DNA of 64,000 bases from Marsupella aquatica (lineage: Eukaryota; Plantae; Marchantiophyta): the NCBI GenBank assembly GCA_973895155.1, contig OZ316893.1:21498955-21562954 (forward strand). The letters are read 5' to 3'. Under the pieces are notes generated by a model, which worked only from the letters and a program-made list of their open reading frames with translations, did no database searches and was not told the DNA's origin. This document shows, in pieces, positions 39,018 to 48,856 of the stretch. A program made the position numbers and the translations under genes. How positions within the stretch are numbered: position 1 is the first letter of the stretch; the number at the start of each line of letters is the position of its first letter.

Positions 39018-40295
39018 ATGATGGCTGCCATGAAGTATAGTGTGGTTCTAGTCGTTCTTTACTCCATTCCTGCCACGGCAACAACGGCAGTGTTTCACAC
39101 GAATTGCACCCGACCCGCATCTGATTCCCATTTCAATTTCGTCACTGCACCGAACACGAGGGGAACATTCGAGATACTATGGAGCTGCCTCTTCACCCTG
39201 TTCATCTGCACCTGGCAAGTTCAACATCTGAACGTCCTTCCCCAGAATAGCAGCAGTCGGGAACTGTTTTGGAAAAAGCCATGGTGGATGGTTGTGACGC
39301 TGTTGGCACCTGAGATTTTAGTGGGAACAGCTTTGGAGGATTTTGTGTTAGCTAAGAGGAGCGTGAGATACATGCAACACGAGCTTCCGAAATTGGTTGA
39401 GGAGGGAGGTTGGACGATGACGCACGCTTTCTATGCTAATATGTATGGATTTATGGTAAGGAGGAGGGTACGCACTGAGGGAGTCTCTGCCATTTCCCCT
39501 ATTTCAACAGATTTATTAGTATTAAATGTGGAGAGAATGGTTATATATCTTAAATCTCTTCCTTCCTCAAGAATTTTCATCACCGAAGCCGATATCCAAC
39601 GCAGAGCGAAAGGAGACATTTTTGTAAAATGCATTGCAGGATTCCAAGTCTTCTGGTTCATTGTCCAAGTGTGTGCTCGCAAAGCCCAGAATCTACAGAT
39701 TTCACAACTTGAAATTGCGGTTTTAGCGTTTGCTATCTGTACTTTACCAAGCTACCTATTGTGGATAAAGAAACCTCAAGATGTGAGTGTTCCAACGATT
39801 CTGGACGAGGGTCCTGAACCATTGCCCATCTCGGATGACTGGTTTGACAATCGTGATGCTTCCAGTGAGGCTTCTGTGAATCTGGCTGCCGCTACTACTC
39901 TGGCAGTATTTGACCTTCCTTTAGGAATTTGGCTTGGAATAAACTTAGTGGGCTTCAGTGTGGGAGGCACTATTTTTGGGGCCGCTCATCTATTAGCTTG
40001 GAATCTACACTTTCCCACCCACACTGAGAAAATTCTTTGGAGGACATTTTCAATTATAACAACAGCAATTCCTCCATTGTTTTTACTTTTCTTTGTACTA
40101 GTTTATACATATGAGATTAAGAAAGGCGTTTCTACGCATGAGATGAAGAAAACCCGCGGCATATATTTGATATTCTTCGGGTTATACGCAATTTTTAGGT
40201 TATATCTTGTGGTGGAAAGTTTCAGGTCTTTAGGGTTTTTACCAGCAGGGGCTTTTGTGACAACATGGTCAACATACATGCCACATGTGATGTGA
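39018..40295 (+). CDS. Multi-pass membrane protein (intronless CDS) of an uncharacterised fungal-type family; candidate horizontal transfer
   Basis: 425-codon open frame from ATG 39018, with a hydrophobic N-terminal leader and several transmembrane-like segments. Motifs NCTRP..NFVTAPNTRGTFEILWSCLFTLFICTWQVQHLNV, LLAPE, WTMTHAFYANMYGF, ITEADI..RAKGD..K.IA..QV.WF..Q..AR, ISQLEIAVLAFA, W.KKPQDV, FGAAHLLAWNLHFPT..E..LWR, LY..FRLYLVVESFRSL..LP..AF..TWS...PH. I recall this series from ascomycete hypothetical proteins; not database-verified. Confidence 0.8.
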   Translation: MMAAMKYSVVLVVLYSIPATATTAVFHTNCTRPASDSHFNFVTAPNTRGTFEILWSCLFTLFICTWQVQHLNVLPQNSSSRELFWKKPWWMVVTLLAPEILVGTALEDFVLAKRSVRYMQHELPKLVEEGGWTMTHAFYANMYGFMVRRRVRTEGVSAISPISTDLLVLNVERMVIYLKSLPSSRIFITEADIQRRAKGDIFVKCIAGFQVFWFIVQVCARKAQNLQISQLEIAVLAFAICTLPSYLLWIKKPQDVSVPTILDEGPEPLPISDDWFDNRDASSEASVNLAAATTLAVFDLPLGIWLGINLVGFSVGGTIFGAAHLLAWNLHFPTHTEKILWRTFSIITTAIPPLFLLFFVLVYTYEIKKGVSTHEMKKTRGIYLIFFGLYAIFRLYLVVESFRSLGFLPAGAFVTTWSTYMPHVM

Positions 40296-42106
40296 TACAG
40301 TAACCTACTCGGGGGAATACTATATTTGTGAATAAAAGCTGGGCTTACCAGAAGTCATTTAAGGGATCCAGTAATAGGGGGACTCAAACATAGGCCGTGG
40401 CTTCTTTCCTGGCAGTCCGAGTTAGGTTCCGGTGGACATGGCCGTAAAGGTGTGCAGCAGCCCCCAGGGCAGGTCTGCACACAGTTGCCACGGGGTTTGA
40501 GTGTCTCCCGGCGACCGTTTGGGCCCCAGGGGTTAAGGTGACATGTTTGAAAATACCTGTGCTCGTCTTCCATGATTTCTAGGTGCGAGGTGTAGCAGAG
40601 TGATTTCAAGCAAAGAACTTGCCCTTCTCACTTGGCGCGATGAGTTTGAAGTTCAAAATCACACATAAAATGTGGGGCTGGATCACGCGGGCGTTTCAAG
40701 ATTGAAGGTATGACACTCTGCGTCGCCTGCAGCAATTCTCTATTTCCGCAGCACTGGTATCCCGGTGCGTCAAAAAGTTAAAACCCAAAAAAATCAAGCC
40801 CGTGAAATGAGCCCACGGTCACCCTTACAGACATGAGGGTCATTCCGTGGCAGGATGAACTAGCCCTAATTTTGAGACCCCCTAAATAATCACTTTGGGT
40901 TTTAGGACCTGGCACGTGTGATGTGGTAGAGGAACCTTGCGAGGGGAATACTACAATAGTTTTGCTGAGTGAGGACTTTCATTATCAAAAATGGTTGTTG
41001 GGTGATGCCTTCCTTATTCACTTGGGATTTGGGAAGAAAACACCTAGTGAACAATCATGTTTTACTTTGGATATCTGTATTATTTTTGTCTAGATCATTT
41101 ACAGAAATTTACAAACAATTCTGCAAATTCTCCTGTCCCCATCACTGGTCTGTAACCTTGGGAGACTCCGCAACAATTTCCAACCCAGGCCGAACTCCTC
41201 AATAGACCTTTTCTCATGCTCTCCCAAGTTTCAGTAATGATGCCCCTGTCCATGCTAAGGTTGGTTCGGATTACCGGAGCCCCAGATACAGGACTAGCCC
41301 CACTTTGGCCACTTTCAAGTCATATGCAGACAAACCCAAAAAGTTCCTGTCAACATAGTGTTTTACATATATTACTAATAGAGTGCAATCCAAATATACC
41401 CTTCAGGGTTCCCCTCTAGACTGTGATTCTAAGGGAATAACTACAAGTGCATTTAAAAAACACGGACAGGAGCAAAGATGAAGGGGAAATGATAAGTTTT
41501 TTTGTTGTTGTTGCAAGATTGTTTTTTTTGTCTCATCTCTATTTACATTCAAGGAACATTTAATCAGGCTAGTGTTGACACAAATTTGGATGGGCTATCA
41601 GCTAAACCAAGCCAGGATGTTTGGGCAAAATCAAAAGTACTTTTGATAGTGACCGTAGACAATCATTTACTGTAAATCAGATTTTTCTCCTCATGTGATG
41701 TAAGTCTAAACTTCCAAATGGATATTAATCTTACGCAGCAAGGAACTGTTCTGGCACGAGCTTGGTCGGATTCTGTTGAAGTTTACTTTGATGGAATTGG
41801 AGCTCATTACAAGTCTTTCAGCCCAGTTGAATTTTAGACCCTCATATACGCAAAGAATTGAAGAAGAAGCCTAAAAGGAATTGTATGGCTGGCCAACCAT
41901 CTGCAAGCCAAGAAACACTTACTAATGGAAATCTCAAACCTGGAAACATCTTTGCTTGTCACAAGCAGCGCTAAGTCCATCTCTAGGACTCAGAGTATCT
42001 TTTTTCTTGGTTCCAATCTACAGAGGTTTCCTCATGCTTGAAGCTGAAATCAAGGATATTCTGGAGGCCTACTAGAATGCAAAAGACTTGCATTCTACAA
42101 ATTTAT

Positions 42107-42392
42107 GAAATCCAAGCATGAGCTGGACTGTTGTTGCAAGTTCTTTGTTCAGTTTTATGCCATCAAGTACAAGGATAATACCTCTTTGGTGCACCGAGTG
42201 AGCAGGGCACCTGTGAAAAACCACCAAGCCAAGGAGGAAGATCTTTCAAACTGAGAGTACACAACAGTTAATAGGAACAACACTTCTGCATGAAATACTC
42301 AAAGGTCACATGTGCCCAAAGTCAGATGATCGCCACTAGTCTATTGATGCACTCTTCTTGAAGGAGATTGATCTGAAATTTCTAAGAAGGGA
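42107..42392 (+). pseudogene. Decayed fragment of the CLSY-like gene exon (homologous to 60526-60805)
   Basis: gaaatccaagcatgagctggactgttgttgcaagttctttgttcagttttatg...gatgcactcttcttgaaggaga aligns directly with 60526-60805. Contains indels and a TGG>TAG stop. Confidence 0.88.
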
Positions 42393-44371
42393 GGGGTTTT
42401 CATACCTTCTATCTCTCTCCATGTAACCAAAATCCACCTCCTCCACTCTCTCTTCTTCCACCCTCAGGAGGGGGTCTCTATATGGAGGGCCATACATCAC
42501 ATTAGACATTTTAGGGTTTGACCCTCCAAACTTATAAATGAAACTTTTTTCCGCAACACTCTTTCTTTCTTTAAATTTTGCCATTTTTTAACTTAAAAAC
42601 TCAAAAAAACTTTAAAGGAAATGTTTTTTATAATTAAATAGGCCTATTTGTTCTTTAAAGTCGACCAGGAAACCGACCAATGAATAAAACATGCTCTATT
42701 TGTTCTTCCACAAAACTTTGGAAATTTTCCACCACACCCATTTGAATGGGCCTATAATTATTTTGTCGCATGTGATGTGTCACTTCCATCGATTACCTGT
42801 TGCAGATTACAGCTCATCCCTCTCAAGTGAGTTGTACGGTACATGTCCGTCCTACTCTAAAATGAGACTAGATTGGGATTTACTTCGAGGATGGGATTGC
42901 AATGGGATAAATTCTCAGGTGAAATGGCAGAACAACCCAAACAAGATGAAGAGAAGGACACAACAAAAGGATCATGATAAATGGAGAGAGGGGGAGAGAA
43001 GAACGGCAGCTCTCAAATGCACCCACAGTCACAATGGACATGCCAGCCGTGGTAGAGCCAACCCTTGATATCTAACCAAGTTACTGCACACCAAATTTAT
43101 TGTTTTCATCTCTCAGCTCCGAAGTATGAATGACTGCAGCCATCAATACTCAAACTAAAGTCGGATGCTAAGCTGACCTGAGTAGGATGACAGGCACCCA
43201 TATCTGGGCTACATGAATCAGTTCCCGTCCTCTTCATGAACCTCAGTGAGCTTCTAGGGTATTGTTTTGTGTCTTGAATGCATCTACACACTATAGTAAA
43301 GGACCCCGCTCTTTTCGTGGCATCACCTACTTACGAAAGTAGAGTTGGTGGGAATCAATCCCAACCGTTAGATTCTCATGGAATTATGAATTTTCCTGGA
43401 TCCAGCTCATCATGGTAATACATACCGAGTTTATGCATATTCCTTCCCATTCTTCCTCAAACTACTATCACAAACTGTCATGGTGGCTGCAAGCAGGGTA
43501 GCCGTATTTAGTTCATGAAAGTTGTGGTGGTACACTAGTTCCTTCACTTGTCCTTGTCTAGTTTGGCAAGTCAGAAAACTAAATCCTGAAAGTGTACAAG
43601 AGAGCAAAACAACCAAGTGATTGGCTTATGAATGCAAAAAAAGTTCAGGTCAAGCCAAATTATGATGGCACAATCCTAAGTTTTGTCCTCTCATCCCCTC
43701 ATTGCAACTTTGTGTCATCAGATGGTTGTTTCCTGTCACTTGGGAAAAGGGACACAAGGTGCTCACTCTTTTGGTTATGTCTACCCAAGATGGGAATTGA
43801 AGCGAGCACTGCCTACAGGCTCTAAGTACACAACTTTAAGAACTACTTGTTGCCCTCATTAACATGATGCCCTCATTAACATGCTGCCAGCCCATTTGAG
43901 GGGACAACTACACGGGCAGAGATCGATTTGCTATACCTATTTAAATTTGCGCTAGGTGAGTTTACTTGAAGCTTTTTTCATTCTTCCCCTTCAATCTGTT
44001 GTCTGTCCTATTTCCCAGTCAAGGATCTTTTGACATTGATACATATTCATTCATCAAAATGTTGAGGCTCTCCCAACTTTGAGATAAATAGACAAAGACA
44101 AGTGGAGAAACTAGTGTACCAACTATGACAGCTTTCACAAACTACCCTGTAGCCACCATGACAATTTTATTTAGCTTTCTGAAGGAGAATGGGAAGGAAC
44201 ATGGGAAACAGTATGCAAAAAATGGGTAGTCCCAAGATATGCTAGATGAGGGAAAAACATAATTTAGGGATCCCTTGCTTACTCACTTGCCCACATGTAC
44301 TTGTGATAATTCCCTGCCCTTTGTAGATATGATTGTCACACCCCCAAATTGAGGTAAGGGAATGGGAGAAC

Positions 44372-44664
44372 TGTTGAGGATAATCCCTATCCCGAGACAC
44401 CATGCACATGTGAACACCATACAAAGTAGTCGACACAACGAATACGTGGTTCACCTCATGACCGAGGCTACGTCCACGAGAAAGTAATAGACCTTTACTT
44501 CTCTCTTGCCCAACTCCAACAATGAACTGAAGATCCACCAGGGACTGGCACTAGCCCTGGCTATATACACAACAGCACTACCGCTAACCTTAGCTAAGTC
44601 CTAACCTGAGTTAGCCTAATTGTGGTTAGCTCAAGAGTCACAAGACTAAGAGCAATACCTAACA
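44372..44664 (-). mobile_element. Solo LTR related to copia element 2
   Basis: TGTTG...TAACA termini, 293 bp. Perfect TSD AGAAC at 44367-44371 and 44665-44669. The stretch agcactaccgctaaccttagctaagtcctaac...gagtcacaagacta matches the copia-2 LTR. Confidence 0.9.
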
Positions 44665-45549
44665 AGAACAAACACTCAAAATAATCTCATGCCCTTAAAT
44701 TCAAGTGAGTGCATGGGAGCTCAAATTCATGTCAAAAATATCCATCCATTCATTTGTTCTTTTTGCAGCAAAACAAGTGAATCAGTCCCTTGCCAGCTTA
44801 CTAGCTACTAAACTTCTCCACGATAGGTTCATCATATAGTACGAGACCCCGGTCAATATGGCGCATGTATGTGGCGCCTGTGACCTTATTTAGGTCAGCT
44901 TACCACCTGACTTTGAGTATCAACAGCTGCGGTCATTTGTTCTTGTGAGACAAAAGATGGAACCTGTTGATTCAGAGTGCAATAACTATGGTTAATTAAC
45001 AAGGGTTGGCTCTATCACGGACGGAGTGTCTCCCATGTGCGCGGGTGCATTTGAAAGCTGTCATTCTTCTCTCCCCCTCTCTCCCTTTATGATGATCCCT
45101 TTCTTCCTTTCCTTTTCTTTTCATCTTATTTGTGTTGTTTTGCAATTTTGTTTTGGAATTAATCCCATCCCAATCCCAACCTCCACATGAATCCCAATAT
45201 CATGTCAGTTCACACCAGGGTGGACGGGTGGTTTGCGTCTTGGTCGAGAGGGGAGGAGTAGAAAGAGTCACCCACACCAAGTAGATATATAGTAGAGGAG
45301 TAGGAGGAGTATTTTGGTTAGAGACACACTCAGAGAGAAGGAGAGAGAAAAGGGGAAGGAAAATTATTATTATATTTAAATTTATTATATCTCACGGACG
45401 ACGTGCAAGAGAAAGGTTTAGGTTAGGTTTTTGATTTGGGGGGTTTTGAGTCCTCGAATCGACGCAGACACACGAATCCAGAGCGGGAGTGAATTGCTCA
45501 TTTCTCACAGACAGACACACGAATACAGAGGGGAGAGAATTGCTTTTCT

Positions 45550-45582
<33 letters not shown>

Positions 45583-45735
45583 GAAGGACGACCTGCAAGA
45601 GAAAGGGTTGGATTGGGTTGTGGGTTGGATTGGGTTGTGGGTTGTGGATTGAGTGGGTTTTGGGCAAAGAGGCACACACAGGAATACAGAGGAGAGGGAA
45701 TTGCTTCGATCGTTGGGAGTTTGAGAACAACAGCA

Positions 45736-48700
45736 ATGTCAGAGGAGGAGACTAAGGACGAGAAGGAGCTTGATCTCTCATCCGCGGACGTCGTTACAAA
45801 GTATAAAAATGCTGCCGAAATTGCTAATAGTAAGTCGTTGTGCCCTTCGTTTCGTTTCCATTCGTTTCTTCGCATGTTGCGTCTCGCTGATTCTTAGGGG
45901 TTTAGTTGGTGCGTGGACAGGTTTAGGATCCGGGCATGTTATTAGGGTTTGGTTTGTGTGCTTGCACAAGCATGAAGCAGTTGATTACGGGGCAGGTCCT
46001 GAAATCTTTAGATTCTTGGTCCCGTGGGTTTTGACATTGGACTATGAAAGGCAAACGGAAACCCTTGTCACAAAGTGGAGGCGTACTGGTGATAGGAGCG
46101 CACAGACTGCGCAGAATTGTGAGGACGGTGTTGGGTTCTGTACCAGGAAGAGGAGATGTCTGAACCGTGCGCAAGACAATGCCTAACTGTGATGAACCTT
46201 TGTGTGCACGTTCCATCCTTGCAGAGGCATTGCAATTGGTGCTGCAGGAAGCTAAACCGGGGGTGAAAGTCGTCGACCTTTGTGAGAAGGGAGATACTTT
46301 GATTAGAGAGTACGCCCTAAACCCTTGGTTCTTTCCTATTTTCCGTCTTTTTCCAACCCTTCACTATTCCATAGCCACGAATTGAGGCCAGTGACGGGGA
46401 CAATGGATGGGCTACTGCTTTTTACTGCTTTCTAACTGTCGAATCTTGGGCTTGGAGATATCAATGTTATGACTGGCACTGAAGTCGTATCTGTCATTTG
46501 GCTCCTGGCAGTCTAACGGCAAATGTATTCAAAAATTCGAAGAAGAAAATTGAGAAAGGAATAGCGTTTCCTACCTGTGTCTCAGTCAATAATACCGTCT
46601 GCCATTTTTCACCCTTGGCAAGCGATGAGACGACACTCACCGCCAACGATATCGTCAAAATGTAAGTTTCGTTGTCACACCTTGTCATTGTATGTGATAG
46701 TACCCACCAGTGTTGAAGGCATCTCAGGGTTTGGTGAAGGTTTTACTTCTCTTCATGGTGTGTGTCTACATCTTCATTTAGTACGCGCTAGCAGAAAATG
46801 TTCCACTGTACATAGGTCTCACGCTGGGCGGCTTTTATTTGCAGCGATCTGGGTGTCCACATCGATGGATTTGTCGCCGTCGTCGCCCACACCCATGCTC
46901 TTCAAGAGGGCCCCGTAACGGGCAGAGCAGCAGATGTGATCGCAGCAGCAAACACGGCTGCTGAGGTTGCTCTTCGGTTGGTCAGGCCAGGACGGAAGGT
47001 GAGGGTATTCCACACGAACCGATGGTCTTCATGATTTGTTTGACGGTCATCAATTCTTACCATCGATAATTTTGATACCACTTATTAAGACTTCTCAAGA
47101 TTTCATGCATGCAAGCAAGTTACATCGTTACACAAGGTCTTTGATTTGGGAGTGTTATCTGGTCGGTCCCGTCGTACCTTGAATATGATGTTGTAATGTA
47201 AATTTACCGTGGCTGTTACTTTCGTCCAGAATAAGGACGTGACAGAGGCCTTGCAAAAGGTGGCTACTGCTTATGATTGCAAAATTGCGGAGGGGGTGCT
47301 GAGTCACCAAATGAAGCAGTTCGTTATAGATGCCAACAAAGTTATTCTAAGTTCTGCAAACCCGGATACTCGTGTTGACGATGCCGAGTTCGAGGAAAAT
47401 GAGGTTTATGCGATTGACATCGTCACCAGTACGGGTGATGGCAAGGTATGGTATAGAATGGCTTTGCTTGTTGCAAAAAGAGCGCGATCGGTACTTTGGT
47501 TGTGAGAAGCGGAGTATGCTCAATGCCTTTCATTTAATTGGACGATGTCGTACAGTCGTTGAGTCTTGAATCTGATTTTCCAAGACATCTGGGATTTGCT
47601 AGCAAATCAGCAGTTGTGTTCATCAACAATTGATTTCGCGTGTACTCAAGTAAACCCTTGGCTTTGCTGTGTGCAGCCAAGGTTACTGGATGAGAAGCAA
47701 ACGACTGTCTACAAACGTGCAGTAGACAAAAACTATCACTTGAAGATGAAAGCCTCAAGGTTCATCTTTAGTGAGATCAACACAAAGTTCCCAATCATGC
47801 CTTTCACCGCCAGGTATCTTTCTCTCTCTTCTCCCTTCCTCAGGATGTGCACATCATGTGGTTCTTAAAAGGGATTGTCTCTGCATGACGGGTGATATGG
47901 TGGTCTATTTATGTGTGTTCAATGACGGTATCAGTGTTGCATGACCTGTACTTAGGTGAATTATCATGTCTTATTCAGATTTTGGCAGACTTTGAGGATA
48001 TGATACTGATTTGAGCTTCGAACGCTTGTGAATTTGTCTAGGGCACTGGAAGAAAAGCGGGCTCGTCTCGGCCTTGTGGAATGTGTAAACCATGAGCTGC
48101 TTATGCCATACCCGGTCCTTCACGAGAAGCCAGGTGCATTCATCGCTCAGTCACGCGTTCATCTAGAACTTAGATCGGCATGCGAGTTTTCTCTCTCATG
48201 GTGTTTGTCGGTTTACGTGCTTTTGACCATAGCAGATCCCTTGGTTCTCGCAGGTGATCTCGTTGCCCACATCAAGTTCACTGTGCTGCTAATGCCTAAC
48301 GGTTCAGATAGAATCACTGGTCATCCTCTTCAAGAGCTTGAGCCAACTAAGCCTCTAGAGGATGCAGATGTCAAGGGCTGGTTGGCACTGGGAACAAAAG
48401 CCAAGAAGAAAGGTGGTGGAAAGAAAAAGAAAGGTGCAGCGCCCTGCCATGTCTGAGTACATTTTGTGTTTTGCTGTAAACGGTGGCCATTTACATTTCT
48501 GAAGTATTTTCTCAGTGAGTTCTCCCAGGGTCGAACTTGTGATGTCATGAACGCCGTGTGCTTTTCCGTAGAACTGAAGGAAAGTATGCCAGACTGTCGG
48601 GTGCACCCTATGCAGCGACTTTGCGTGTAATTAGTGGTCACATGTTAGATGTTTGAATAGTAATTCACAGACCCAGGGGAAGGTTTCTTCAATGAATTCC

Positions 48701-48856
48701 AAAATGTGGAGCTCCTATTAGGGGAATGTGTCAGTAGTCATCACACTAATGACCTCATGTTCACACTTTTACGCAGGCAAGAAAGGTGAGGGTCAAGATG
48801 ATACTGCCGAGGTGACTGCAGAGGCAGGAGAGGTAGAGAGTATGGATACCACTTAG
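45736..48856 (+). CDS. EBP1: ErbB3-binding protein 1 / PA2G4, copy 2
   Basis: Same 9-exon structure as copy 1 (ATG 45736; TAG ends 48856). Near-identical protein with few substitutions (e.g. AKPGVKV vs IKSGVKI). Confidence 0.95.
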
